DNA of 50,540 nucleotides, counting the filler, from Sphacelaria rigidula (lineage: Eukaryota), in the NCBI GenBank assembly GCA_964200075.2. It is 3 parts of 3 records of this genome, joined end to end, with 100 filler letters (N's around TTAATTAATTAA, not from the genome) between each part and the next. Parts side by side here need not be neighbours in the genome. Positions count along the whole stretch, not along the records: positions 33,770 to 50,540 come from CAXNAA020001257.1; 2 more parts are not named here. One strand, 5' to 3'. Position numbers and translations under genes: made by a program. Shown here piece after piece: positions 34,331 to 48,900 of the stretch (the first letter of the stretch is position 1; every line of letters starts with the position of its first letter). The notes under the pieces are model-generated. The model was not told the DNA's origin. It made no database searches and saw only the letters and a program-made list of their open reading frames with translations.

Positions 34331-36216
34331 TATCCTGCGTGTTTGAAAAAAAAGTAGTGTTTCAAACTTCGAAGCTGGGCACCGAGCTCGAAGGAAAGGA
34401 AGCTGTCATTTTGTTGTCTTCATTGTATCATTCGGTAACTATATTCCCCTATAGAACGCCTATAGATCACTTACTTCGCACGCTCGCCGTATTCGACCAG
34501 ATGTGTACTGATCTCCCAATTATTGAAAGGACGCAAAAAAGGAGGTGTGTTTTTGCTCTATGAGCGTTTCCCGCGTTTTTCTCGGCGCCTTTTGTGCTGG
34601 CAAGACACTTGAACAACGTCTGGACGAATGTTGAACGCTGAGCAAAAATCGAAAAAGCGCGGTACAGTAGACTGCCTGCAGTGGGGAGCGACGATACACG
34701 CTGATGTTTTTGTACCGTCGTACTCAGCTGCTGATAGAAAAGGTTCTTTCTCGCAGTACAGGCAGTAAATAAAGTATGGTTGCCGAGGTGATGCAACATG
34801 CGTGCAGCCCCAAAAATGTTTGAGGTGCACCAACACTGCCTCAAGAGTACCTACACCGCGTTTGCATAGGACAGCGAGAGAGTACTGGTATATCGCAGCA
34901 GTAGCGTCTACTAGCGCGCGCCATTTGCAAAGCATTCCCCCACGAAAGTGGCTCACAACAGGTCAGGGGTTCCGCACTGCTTTCTGGACAGGACGCTCGA
35001 CGTTCACGTGTTCATGTAAATAGGCATCTTGCGTATCCAAAACAATATCTATTATTCCGAACCCCGATTGTGCCATAGCCGATCACAGGCGATCCTTGGG
35101 GGGGTTGTAGTGTGAGGGTTGGATTAATGATAACATCTTATGCGGAGCTTTCGGGGGGGGGGGGGGGGGCGGGCAAATGAATCATAGTTCAAACTACGCG
35201 ATACCCCTGTGGCGCTGTTCGATGAGAAACTTTAGCGTGCAGCGAATGCAAGCAATCGACGAAGTAGAGCACAGCGGTGTCCCCGCTGTGAGGTGGTCCT
35301 TTTTAAGGCGGGGCTTAACTGCACGGCGGTGAGAAGAGGCTTGCGCCATTGTTCCTCTAGTAAGTCAGGTCCAATCCACTTCAAGGCTGAGCCTCACTTC
35401 AAGGCAGTCATTTTTTATTGTACTATACTGTGATAAAAAATAGAATCCCCACAGTGCAGTTACGTTCGAAATGCTAGAATTCTAAACCACCCCAACGGGT
35501 TAACGAGCAGTGGCGCGATAATTGACAGTGTGCAATACAAGTGGAACCCTCATCGGAGAAAGACGTCTCCGGTGGCTATTGACACTAGACCCTCGAAAAA
35601 AACGCAAGTCCAAACAAAAAATCAGCCCTGCTTTCGTTGGGGCCAGCCATCTGTCACGCCAAGTAACAGCGGGTATTTTTTTTTCTTTTTTTTGGAAACA
35701 ATCACCAGAATCGTCGCGCTGTTACCAAATCGAGACCTTAATAGCTTTAAGTTCATCCACGGTTTTGACCTTCCGTTGCACGTGTGTTTTCAAGAGCTTG
35801 GAGGTGGGTCTGGTGTAGCTGCTGCTTCTTCTGTTCAAGTGCTTTTTACAGACTGGTTCTAGCGTAATGTGTTGTGGAGCTACAGAATGGAGACTTGAAG
35901 TAAGCAGTGGACCTGCAGGAAACCTACGACCCCCGACCCTCCCTTCCGAGGAGGTCAGCTTTGTAGCGCATGGGGTACCGCAATCGCTGAGCAGTGGTTA
36001 CGCGCTGCGCTCTGTTAGGCGTATTGAACTGTACTGTGCTTCTCTGTCCCGCTATTTGGTGTTTAGGTGAAAGCCGTTGTCTACCTGCCTTGAGCAAAGC
36101 TTTCCAAACGCTCGTGGTGCCTACCCCACATGACTGCCCCGATGCAGTCTAGCCGAGCCTCTGGGTAATCGGCGCATGAACCCGTTCGCGGGGTAAGTGT
36201 TGAATGAGAGTTTCTA

Positions 36217-36761
36217 CAGTAGTGGGCGGTCTAACTATTCATCATGAGGCATTTCGTGATTTCTTCGTAATTGGCGATTTTCTCGGACTCTTTTCGCTTG
36301 CCACTGCTTATCGCATTGGAGATCTGAAGATATTTGTATCCGCTCCACATTCCAAGAAAAAAAATAATCTGTACTCAACATTGAGTGACTTACGGGCTGA
36401 CCGGTCATCGGGGGTCCTTCGATGTTTCAGCCCAGATTCTTACTCTTCGGTATTTCCGGTCGATCGAGCCTGTCCCGATCATATTTGAAAAAAATGTACA
36501 GTTTTATATTTCAGAAATTCTGCCTACTCGCACTAGAGCCGAAAAACTGTGTTTCACGGTCAATAACACCCTCCTGATGAACGGGGTTTTCACTCGTTTC
36601 GCCCGATAACACCAACTAGCACTGACTTGGGCACTGCCTTTTGAGGATGATACGTTTATTGTACCAAAATCTACCGACGCTAGCAATTTCGAGTTCTATC
36701 GAAGAGTAGTACGCGAGGAAAACCCCAAAACCCCGCTGAATAGTTAGACCGCCCACTACTG
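36217..36761. mobile_element. MITE of Tc1/mariner-pogo type
   Basis: Perfect 25-nt terminal inverted repeat CAGTAGTGGGCGGTCTAACTATTCA, TA on both flanks, no transposase ORF. Confidence 0.85.
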
Positions 36762-36940
36762 TACTTCCTTCAAGCATAAAAGAAAACCTGCTCGAGCGTA
36801 CGCTTGAATTTTCATATCTAACGACATTAATCGTGAAACAGTATTCAATTACGCCTGCATCAATGGTCTGATCGTTGCAATACGCCTCACAGCCTTTGGC
36901 ATCTTTACCGTAGGGTCATTCGTACCGCGACGGAGCATAA

Positions 36941-39900
36941 ATGGAACGAACAGAAGGCGTCGCAGCAGTGCGGGCTTATGGGTACAAGTGAAGGTGACAA
37001 CTACTCTTGATCATTTGGTTTGTGCTCGTCCCCTGAAAGTAGTCAAAACCGCATGCCAATTCTGTCCATTTGGCATTCCTCGACGACCACCATATCATCA
37101 TTTATTGAAAGTCCCACACTACCACCCCCTTTCCCCCCCTCCGTCTTCTTCCGAAAAAAAATATCGCCGACCCAGTCTACCGCCAGCTCCAGGTCTCGGA
37201 GCGCATCAGTTTCTGGTTGGAATCAGCACCGAGCGAGCCTCTCCACTGGTGGCGATGGTTCCTCGGGAATCCCCATCCCCTGTCCTGCGCTTGTGGGTAC
37301 CCGCGTGTTGCACGTCGCCTGTGGGTCGAGACACACTCTGGCGGTAGTTGCTGGGGGGGAAGCGTACAGCTGGGGCTGGGGGGCATGCGGTCAGGTGCAG
37401 TACAGAACAAAACAGTGTGAGGGAAAAATATCACCCTCTTTCATACGCGCCTTCGCACTCAGAAACAGAGATGCACTATAGGCATACTGGAGTTTTATGT
37501 TGTCCACAGTTTTTTTTTGCTAGCCTGTGACCGTGGAAGGCGTCCGCATCAGATGCTCAGTACGAATGTACCGCGCAGATATCGGAACGGTTTTTTAATG
37601 TGAAGGCAACAACAACAACAACAACAACAACAACAGGTGGACCTGAAAAGTGAACCGCGAATAATCAGAACCTGAGATTCCCAAGGATAGAGCTTTCTGG
37701 AATATGAATCCGCTCATGTGTAGATAATCCATGCACGAGACATTTTCGCTCCCTCGTGGCAGGAGCTAAAGCACTCGGACCACACCATAGTGTGTGTGAT
37801 TTGTTGTACCTTCACCCTTGCCTCCACATCCAGCCCCTACCCCCATCCTCCGGACGAGTCCGTAGTCTCAGGGTAGCGACCCGTCTGTCCCCCGGTACTT
37901 GCCTTGCTCTTCTTTGTCCAGCATTGGACAATGACCACTCCCGCAGCCCGTCCTTATTTCGTGTTTTCTTAGGCCGTGTCTTATAAAAAGAAAATCGACT
38001 ACATGCGGTCGAATCGAATAGGTCGTATTTGGCTCGTATCTGATACGTCCACGGAATTTGTGTTCTCAAATGGCTTCGAGTCCGTTTTACAATTATTTTC
38101 CCGGGATGGACAGGGTGAAAAACAGAAAAGCTTAGCTTTTTTGGTTAAAAACAAGCGCATGACTCCTATGTTACAGACAACCATGCCAGGTACCACCTTT
38201 TCACAGAGTGGTGCAAAACCCAGATGGTTCATTCTGAACCACCAGCTCAACCCTCCAGCACAGAACACGAAGTGAGCACAGTGATACATACACTGCAGTG
38301 ATACGGAACCGACACCGACACCCTCTTGGCATGATGCGTTTCTTCTTTGTTGGCGAAAACTTGGGCCTCTAATTTGCCGTAGGGTCCACCGACGAAATTG
38401 CGTGTAGGGGTGGGCGACCGAATTGCTGACACGCTCATGGACAGTACGAGTAGAGGCGGTGCAAAACTGCACGTGGTTCGAATCTTCTTCACATCCTCCT
38501 GTATGCAGAGAGTACAGACGGCTCTGCTGTTTGCTGTCTGTATGTCACGTTGCCCGCTTCTTTTCCACATCGCGCCTGCATGCTGTACAAGACACACACA
38601 CTATACAGACAGTACAGGCAGCCCTACTGTACTGTCTGTACTGTCTATTGAATACAAGTAAACAAGTACTGCCTCACGAATTTTGCTCAGCTTGGTCGAT
38701 CGAAAGCGTGCAAATTCGCTCGGACTTGAAACACAGTAAAACGAACCAAATTCATTTCGCCTCACGAACTCGTTCGAGTCGAAAACAAAACGATAGGACA
38801 CGGCCTTATTCTCGCGTTTTTAGCCGACGGAAACCGTGAATAATACTCCGCTGCCGCGATTCCATTCCACACAACCCAAAAACGGAATCCGCCCCAAATT
38901 TGTATCGTTGTACCAGAGTGACCGCCGGAGTGCAGTAGCATAGTGCATCTGAAGTGTAGTCCAAGCAATGCAGGTACACCACTCGATACGCTCATCTGTT
39001 TCGCTGCATGGTGTTCGGGATCGATTTTGCAGTTAGGACACGGCGACGATCACTGTTCGGCGGTACCGCGCGTGATTGAAGCGTTAAGAGCAAGCGACAG
39101 CCAGGGCACCGGCGGTATCGTGACTGGCGTGTCTGCGGGAGGAATTCACTCGGCGGCTGTACTGGAAGGCGGAGGTGTCTACACCTGGGGAGGAAGTAGC
39201 TACGGCCAGGTGCTCTACCGAAGATGAAACCCTCATGGACTGGGGAGAGCAATCGAAAATCCAAATTGTAGTGTAGGGTACCACTGTAACCTGAGCAGTT
39301 AGGTTGTCGTGACTGTTTCAATATCGTATACTATATAAACCAAGCAATCACCACTAAGGCAAACGCCGCCGCGCCTCTGTGGTCTAGCTATCGTAGTACA
39401 CTTTTATAGTAGACAGCTGAAGGCAGGGGGCTGCGGGCTCAACCCCGTTGTATACGGTCTTTTGAGCAGAATTCGGTTTCCGTTGGTGGAAGCGAGAGAA
39501 GGCTACTCGCAAAGGAAGTTGACGAGAGTGGACGGGGTGCAGGAGTGCTGCCCCACTCCTTGATGCTAACGCCTCAGACAGGTACCGGGCGATGGACGAG
39601 CTGGTCTGTTAAGGCTACGAATTATTCTCGACGAAGGGGAGGGGTTTGAAGACATGATAATGATGATGATGATGATGATGATATATACGTGTTTGATGGA
39701 TGTCTCTGATCTGCTCTTTCCGTTCCCCGCCTTCCCCCTCCTTCTACTGTTTTTGGCAGCTCGGGCTCGGGCCACAGGTGACGGCAAAGGGTGCAGAAAC
39801 CGTGCCTCAACAAGTCATGCTGCCGCCGCCATCTCAAAACGGAGAAAGCACCGCTGGATTGCCGAGACGCAACAGTCTGACTCGCGTACTCAAAGGAAAT

Positions 39901-42900
39901 CATGTGAGTATGCTGTCCTTCATGGAGGGACCGTTAGTAACAGATACCAACAGAGCGGGCATGGGGACCTAAAAACACTTTTTGAACATCCTCTAGTGCG
40001 TGGTAAATACCACATATAAGCGCAAGAGACGTGAAAAGCTAGTGTGGGAACCCCATGTGGTAGTATCGGGCAAAGTTTTACATACGAGTGATGGCGCAAA
40101 CATGTAGTTATCTGTCATGTTTTCCCATCTCGGGTACTGTATGTCTATTGGTGCCAACCTTACACAATATTAAACCGTGATTCCAAACGTGGTTGAAAAT
40201 ATCGCGAGATCCCAAAGTTTTGGAAATTTCCCAAATATATACACTGTATGTTTTTTTTTAAATTCCAAATACAAAATACAAAATGTATGTACCGTTCGGC
40301 CACCGTCTGAAACTACAGAAACAGAACCGCAAAGTAACCTGCAAGTATCGTCTATCCGCTTTTTCCAAGTAAAGAGAAGATGGCTCGCTTGTCTTCCATA
40401 TGTTTTGGGGCAATGTCTTTGATCTGCACTGTCGGTCACTTTTAGTACACCGGGTCTGAGACGGTGTGTTTCAAGCACTGCATGCACGGGTGTGGAGATC
40501 ATTTTGTGCGCTGCCAATGCTGAAGGGCGACACGGGTAAGCCATCAGCAAGCATTGGAGAATAACCAACTACAACAGCGATACTGTAATAGCAAGCTAGC
40601 TTTCAATTCAGCACGGGCTAGGCGTCAATTTTTCGTAGGATGCCAATGTATACATTGAATAGACATGTGTGCACGGACGTGGGACTTTGCTAAAATTAGC
40701 ATGCCTTCATCGCTCACGTCGCAGCGGCTATTTTCGACAATGTGGACACTCCGAGACAAAAGGAAACACATAGCGCTATTGTCGACGCGGTCCGTTCCGT
40801 AATATTGTTTGGGAAAGTGTTGACTCTGACTGAGCGACATGGATGTCGGGTTTCGAGGCACAGAGTTGACCATATATCTACTCATAATCGCGTCTGTGCA
40901 CTATATATACAGCCTGACGTACATCTCTAGGGGTTGGGAGGGCGCAGGACAGCCTTTTGTAGAAAATGACGATACAGTGCGTTTTGGTGCTTACAGGCGG
41001 ACGGGCGATCGACCACTCCGTTGCTGGCTAAGACTGTCGCGTGCGGAGGTATGCACACTGCCGCGCTCACGGAGGAGGTACGACGAGTTTTACACGTTTT
41101 GATACAAGAATCTCAGCCGCTTGAAGGGGAACACCCCTTTGATAACGTCGATGTAACGGGCGTAGGTGGGGCGTTTTTTCGGAACACTTTATACGCGTCG
41201 GCGGAGGGAGCCGTGGGTGCGTGGCCCGTCAGTGCTGGCTGCTTTCGTCATACGTTGTTGCTATGGGTTTCACAACAAAGTTTGGGGATACAGTCTTCGT
41301 GTGTGTACCAGGGCACGTGTTGGATCTCGAGTGCAGGGGTGCTAGTCGTTCATGGTCATACGTTTAGAGTTGGCTTCACAGTGCAGCGATATTGTACTTC
41401 GAGACCCTGAAGTTTGAGCATCTACTTCAACGCTTGAATCTGCACGACGCGAAAAACAGTCGTGTGTCTGAATCGTAGCTTTATCGATAGCGGTATTATT
41501 TTCCCGAAACCCTGAGTTTTGCGTACCTAAGCCAGGGCTTTCCCCGATATATATCTCTCTTCTTGTAAATACTGTATATATATTTGTGTATGTCAATTGA
41601 GTTACACTATTGACTCGGAGAACTACAGCATGCCCTTGGTCGGGAAGACCGGAGAGAGGATGAAAATATCCAAGGGACGTAATGAAGACGGAGGTAAGCG
41701 TACTTTCTTGCTTTTAACTCGTTTGCCCCTTTTGCCCCGATAAGTTGTCATTTCATGCTTACCTCTCGCCGTGCTCGATAGTGAGAGATACACCGGTAGT
41801 GGGGACCATTTCATTTTGCGCCGCCCTAGTTCTTTGCCCACCATGGGTTTGGACTGTTTACTGTCAGGGTAGCGAGAAATAATCATGCGAAAGGATGCAT
41901 GGGGATATGTTCACTCCAATGGACCGTTCCGCGATCAAACCGTGAATCGTGCTGAACATTTTGGCGGGGAACGAGACACGTCGTGACGCTCGAAATACGC
42001 TTGATTGCCTGTAATGCTTTCAACAGGGGGTTGTGTACTGCTGGGGGCGTGCCGACAGCGGACAGTTGGGGATTGGAGCAGACTGGGTGCACGAGTCGAG
42101 CTCCGGCGTTATGGGCGTAGAGTGGCCCAAGAGAGTGTGTGGACACCTTGAGGAGCGCCAAACGGTACGCTTAACATACGTGAAATGACCGAGGCGTTTT
42201 TATTGAGTTTTTTTTTTTTTTTTTTCTTTTGGTTGTATTCGCGCCTTCGCTGTTTCTTTTTAATAATTTTGATTTGACTATTCGAGGTTTTTTTTGTTCA
42301 ANNNNNNNNNNGGGGGTTGGAGGGGGAGCGTGCGCGTAGCCGAGGGGGCGTGGGGGGGGGTTTTTTATTGAGTTTTTTTTTTTTTTTTTTCCCGTGTGGT
42401 GGCATACGCGCCGTCGCTGTCGCTTCTGAACAACTGCGAGTAGACTATTCGAGGTTTTTGTTGTTCAACCTCGAGCCCAACAAGATGTTGAGTTTTTGTT
42501 CCCAGGGCCCCTGATGCTAGCTAGTTGCTGTCCACGCAAGGCTATGTGCTCAGGAGCGCTGACAGCTTCACCCATGGGGTGCCCAAAATTGCCCGCGCGT
42601 AAAGACACGATTCTGACTTGAGGACACGTTTCACAGACGCTTTATTACAAGCACACCACCCGTCCAAATTCTCATCTCCTCGTCCATGCAAAAGTCGTTG
42701 CTCGCGTCTTTACAGAGACAGGGTTCAGCTAGGGTCTACTCGGCGATACCGCCGCTGACCACCTGTACACTAGACCCACGCGCGTGGTGTAACTACTCCC
42801 GTACTTCACGATTTAATGTAAAACCGTGAAGTTGATCTTGATCGACTCTTCAGCGCGCGCGCGCGTGTGTGTGTTATGCAGCCTGGTCTATGATGACTTG

Positions 42901-45900
42901 GTCGTTTGTTGGTTGCACTTTTCATCTTTGGCTTCTGCAAGCTGGTCGTTGATGCTGGTGGCCTTCGTCTGCATGCTTTCGCAGTCCGGTCACCGATCTA
43001 TTGCTAATGGATGTGCACCCGTTGCAGGTCTCCATCGCATGCGGAGGGTTCCACACTGCGGCGGTAACGGCAGAAGGGGAGTGCTACACGTGGGGCAAGG
43101 ATGATTTCGGGATGTTGGGCGTCGAATCGGGAGCCCTGTTGCAGGTATCCTTCACGTGTGCGAGCTACAACGGTTGTCGGTATCTTCCGCGCCACACTTC
43201 GGTCCGCTCTCTCAAGAGGAATGTTTTTGAAGGCATGGATGAGTGAATGCTCTGTATCATTCTCTGCGGATATGTCTAGAAAACGTTCACGCCCGAGGCA
43301 AGTATTGAGTAGCACCACCGTTTACTCGGCATCATTGTGCCAGTTACATGCAAGTATGCGTCGACAGCTCTTTAGCTGCCTAAATTGCGCTCGAACGGAC
43401 CTTGCTCCAGCTCTGCTATATGCGCAGCAGGGCGTGCAGTATCGCAAAATACAACCCGTGAGTGTTCTCTCTGATCTTCGGGATTTGTTTTTATGCGCAA
43501 AAGAGTGCCTCCCCCTCCCGAGAATAGCTAACTTTGGTGCTGAAATTGTCACTAATCTTTGTCCCGGGCTTCTCCTTATTGCTCTGGAAAAAAATCTCAT
43601 CACCAAAACCATATTTCTTGCCCCACCCTTGCTTTTCGCCGCGCTCTCGAGCACCCCCCTCCCCTTCGTCGGGACGAGTCTCCCCCTGTACTTGCAGTGC
43701 ACGTTGCTGCGGAGCATCGAATGATGACCACTCCATCTGCATCCCATCGGTTTTCAACCGATTCTTATCCCTTGTTGCTTTTAATATGCAGGGCGGGCTG
43801 TTCTGTCCACACCCTGTGACATTGCGTCACCCGGGAGAAAGCCAATCGACAGCTGAGGTATGACGATATGATTTTGCAAGGTTATGTTCTGTAGGGTACG
43901 CTTTGCTGTATACCCGGGGTATTTCCCCGGATGTTTACCGCACCCGACAGTTCTGTGATTTCTGTAAGACTTGTTTACCGGTACCCGACAGTTCTGTAAT
44001 CTCTGTAAGACTCCCGTACCGTTACCGGAGGGAACGGGTACGCTCTTGACAAGATACCTGATTGCGGGTACGGTTTTCTGTACAACCTCCATACCCTACC
44101 CGACAGTTTCTGTAAGTTATGTAAGCCTCCCATACCCTTACCCGACAGTTCTGCGAGTTCTGTACATAATGTTTACCCGTACCCGGAGCGCGAGTATGCT
44201 CTTGAAGAAATACTCGATTGCCGGTACCGGTGTTCTGTAAGCTTCCCATACCGGACCCGACAAGTTCTGGAATTTCTGTAGAACTTTTATCCAGTACCGG
44301 TACGCGACAGGTCTATGGGCTCTGTGAGCCTCCCATACCCCTACCCGGGGTTAGGGTATACCGTGATAGATATACCCGATTGCAGGTATGAGCACAGGTA
44401 TATATACCTTGGGGAAGTACGGACATAGGTTCAATCCAAACACATCCTCATGGCCTGTACATGTACCTCCCATCGATCAACCCACCTAACTCCTTCGTTC
44501 AAAACTGCACACCAACAGTAATTCAATGTTGAAAAGTTCTTTAGTTTGGGATCTGGCGGGATACGAGGTACCGCTGAGAGGGAACACGAAATATGAGCAG
44601 CCCTGCAGACCGTCAGGATGGATCACCCCCAGACTCGAGTGGTAGCTCGAGCGGGGGTGGTTCGTTTGCGCCACCAGAGGATCAAGTAGCAAGACGCTCG
44701 TCATCGACGTTGATGATGATTGTGTCGTGGTCATCAAACCCCAGGCCGTTATCGACGTGTCCAGCACACAGTATGAGCTGCCACCGAAAGTCGTCAAGGC
44801 CGTAGGCGCTTTTGTCGCGTGCCGAAGGGCTTCCAGAGAGCGGGCAGCCGTGAATGCTTCTTTATGTACTCTCTGGAAGTATACGTGAAGCCGATATATA
44901 TTGACGATCCCGTGCACATGTACTACTGCGACTGTTCGTGTGGTCTTTCTCTACCAACCCCGTGAAGCTGTTTGGAGTTTTCTTGAGCTGTCATCTGTAT
45001 TTCGCCACTGTTGTAGTGACGTAGGGCCCACCACAGGGGTGATGAGAATACCAAGGTCGTGTTTTTTAGGGTACGGTTCTCTGTTTACCCGGCGTCTTTT
45101 CCCGGGTATTTACCGCACCCCACAGTTCTGTAAACTCTGTAAAATTTCCATACCGGTACCCGACAGTTCTGTAATCTCTGTAAGACGTTCATACCCGTAC
45201 CCGATATTTCTGTGAGTTCTGTAAGCATCCCGCGCCGTTACCCGGGGGCACGGGTATGCTCTTGATAAGATACCCGGTTAACAGTACGGTTTTATGTGCA
45301 GTCTCCATACCTTACCCGACAGTTTCTGTGAGTTCTGTACAAAAATTTTACCCTAACCCGAGGGGTGGGTATGACCTAAAAGAGTTACCCGATTGCCGGT
45401 ACCGGTTTTCTGTAAGCCTCCCATACCGTACCCGACAGTTCTGTAAACTCTGTGAGACTTTCATGCCGGTACCTGATAGTTCTGTAAGTTATGTGAGGAA
45501 TCTCATACCCTACAGAACGTGCCCGTACCTTACAGAACACAACCTTGTAATTTTGTACAGACGCAGAGGGTGGCATATCTTTCGGTTCCGCCACTATACC
45601 CATTTTTTTTCTCTTCAAGTCCAAAGTTGGCAGTGGGGGCAGGGACGGTGCTCCAAATCCAAGTATTAGGTTGCCAGACGTCGTCAGTACTCTGGAAGTT
45701 AAATTGGTTTGCGCCTGGAACGTATGTCCTTGGAGTCGGAGCGAGGTTTTACACTTTTTGCGAGACTCAGCTACGAGTTGACTGCGAGTCAGAAAGGTCG
45801 AATTGATGTGGTGATTAATAAAACACGAGGAAAGACTTCCTGCGATAGCCCCCCCCCAAAAATGCATGGTTCTGGAGTCAAAATCTTGACGTAAATCGAA

Positions 45901-48900
45901 ACGGAAGAAGTCGAACGCAACGAGCAGCTGGGAATCCCCACGCTTGGGTTCGTTCTAGCCATTGTCGCCAATATGAGACGTTTTATGCAGCCTGAACCCA
46001 AACATCGGACGCTGTATGGACATTTTTTTTGGCGACACTTTTGGGCTGGTTTTTGGGGGGAGCTATCGTAGAAAGTGCCGGTAAGGCGGCTGAGTTTTGG
46101 AGTTTCCCGCAGAACGCACCGCACCCTATGGGCGGGGTATAGGAAAGTATTAGCTCAATAGACCAGTTGCATATGTTCGTGGTTGCACTCTGCAACTGGT
46201 GACTTGCTTGCAGAGGCCTTCATATTGCTTGACCGTTAGATAGCGAGAGTAGGTCGTCTGTTGAATCGGCATCAATTTCACTTGAAGAAAGTATGCATGA
46301 TTCAGATGGACTTCCCTCGCCCTCAAGGGGTTGAATAGTGGTTGGGGACGACAGTATGTAATTTTTTCTTTGAAGTCAATCAATTGAGGGGAGGGGGGGG
46401 TATGATGCCAGAACCGAGAGATATGCCCCCCCCTCGACAGTCGTATTGGTAACTTCATGAACTCTACTTGTATTTTGAACTCTGAAATGACTTACTCAAC
46501 CATCGTGATGTTGCACCGTAATGGTCTTGCAAACGACTCGAGGATTATTTTGGAATACGTCGACGTAGAGATTGCGAATTATGTTTTCGTTTGGCCGCTT
46601 CACAGCACTATTTAGTTAGTTGATTGGTTGTCGCACATGACCGGAGCCAACTTACCCATTACGATTCCAGTCGTGGTCATTAGATACGCGTACCCAATGT
46701 AACCAATGAAAAAGCGGAAAGAGTCGCTGGAGCGAAATGTATCGCACACTAAGAGACCAACAGTACTGCGAATACAGCCGTGGCCACAACATTAATGTAC
46801 CCGATGTTGAAAAAAAAAAGATGAAACGCTTGCTTTACCCTATTGGACCCCATTGACGATTTTTGGTTGTGTGAATCGGGATCATTTTCAGTCATTTTCA
46901 AGTCAAAATGATGCCGATTCACAACAAAAAAATCTTCAATGGGTTCCTACAGGGTTAAAAAAAATCGAGCAGGGGAGGGGAAAGCTGAAAAATAAACGGG
47001 AAAAAAATCAGCAAAAAGCATAGGATGAGTAAAGCATTAGAAAGGCATGGGCAAGGATCAGGATAAGGGAAAGACAACAACGAAAAAAGATATTAACATG
47101 TCGAGCTGAGATCTAGTATCAGTCCCGGGAAAACCACCCCGGAAAAACCCTGACGCATGGCTCCAGATAAGAAAATTGCCCAGAAGCAATATCCGGATGG
47201 AATTCAGTCATTCCGGGGGGTTAGTTGAAACCTCGTAGCTCATGTGCTATCGAATGACAAGTCGTCGCAACACGATTTTTTTTTTAATTCGGAGTTTCTC
47301 GAAATAAATCGAAACCGAATCACTAGGGTTGGGTACTGAACCAGTACGTACTGCCAGTGCATATGTACTGGTAGACAGCCCCGCCAGTACACCAGTACAT
47401 ACACATCTACGCTGAAAAGCGAAAATAATCGCTATCGTAATGACTCTGCTTGTTGTGCTGGTACTAGCGGCTGTAATTTGTGCGCGGTGTAGGTTTCGGT
47501 TGGGTAGCTTGGCACCATTGTTATCTCCCACTTATCTCCCACGTACTGTTAGAGCATGCTATGCTGGTTCGTGTCCCCACCCCCCTTTTTTTTTTCTCGG
47601 CTTCTTGGTTTAATTAGAGGGCTGCCATGTCGTTGTTTCCTTTGTTTTTTTGCGAGAGGCTGTCCAGTCCAGTAAACAAGAGTGCGCTCACCATCTTGTG
47701 ACCTTGTGCCTTGTGCTTTCACCTGCTGGTTTTGTAAGGCTTTCTACTTGGTTGGTTGCATTTTTTCAATACTCCCCGACGTAAGGGGTTTGGTGGAACA
47801 TACGGTTCCATGCACTTTCATATGCACATACTACGTTTCCCACGATCCTGGAGATCCTGGAGTTTGTGGGTGTTGCAAAGTTTAAAATTTGTGCCACATT
47901 CCCTCATGTAGAAAAGTAGAAAATAAAAAAATTTGGGCGTTGTCCTCGAAATTTCTATCGTTTTCCCCGCGATAGTGCCTCTGTCACATGGGCCAAAATC
48001 ACTCATTTTTTATGCTCAGTGAAGCCAAATCGCGTAAAATAGCGCCTCCAGCGGGGCCCTCCCCTCACCAGCCGGGGGGGGCCGATGGTCGCGCGGCTTC
48101 GCCGCGCCACCAGTGTAATGATCGGATCCTGTATACTAGCTGCGTCAGCAGCAGCCAGTATACAGGATCCTGACTGGCTTCGCCAGTACCCAGCCCTACG
48201 AACCACCGGTATCTTGGGTGCGAGTATGGAACATTGCACGGTTAGGACGAATCGTCACGACTAAGAATCACCGAATCCACGATTTCTTCGCCCTGATTGC
48301 CCTAAAGGGAGAAAAAAGTTGACCGCTGGTCCAAGGGGTATCCACGCAACTTTTGCGCCATTCGACGTGTCTCGGCTGGGTGTATCTGGGTTGCAACGCT
48401 GAAAACAAAGCCCAGGGATTGATTCGCACGAGACGAATCACTTATACTAAAAACACGTTATTTCCAGACGAATCATTATTTATCCAACCCTTGGAACATT
48501 GATTCGCACCTCGCGCGTAGCCGTGGCCAAATTGCTAAGATAGTGCAATCATGTCGTAGTTGTGGGGCCAGCATGTGAGCATCTCAGAAACGACAAACCA
48601 TGGTGAGAACACAAGGGAGGCAGTCGGAACCACCCATCTTCCAAGAAATAATAGTAGGACTGCGCTTGGGGTAGCACAGGGTATAGAGTAGGGTGCCTGG
48701 CGGTATCGATACCCTGGGTATTCATTCTAGGGTACCGAGTTTTTCCGGCTGTCGATACCCTGGGTACCGTGTTATGCTCGGTATGTTTCGGTGGTGGAGC
48801 CCCTGAGTTCGCCGGAACGCAAAGTATTTTCGGCAGTAATCCCGGGTACCTTAAGTACTTGATACTTGTACTGGGTGCATCGGGCGGGTACTTATTACTC

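Noticed and set aside
42195-42470. Apparent ~105-nt duplication around the 10-N gap
   Set aside because: Looks like overlapping low-quality contig ends beside a poly(T) run, i.e. an assembly artefact.
43101-43724. 207-aa plus-strand ORF
   Set aside because: Mostly intronic, out of frame with the RCC1 exon, and no recognisable motif.
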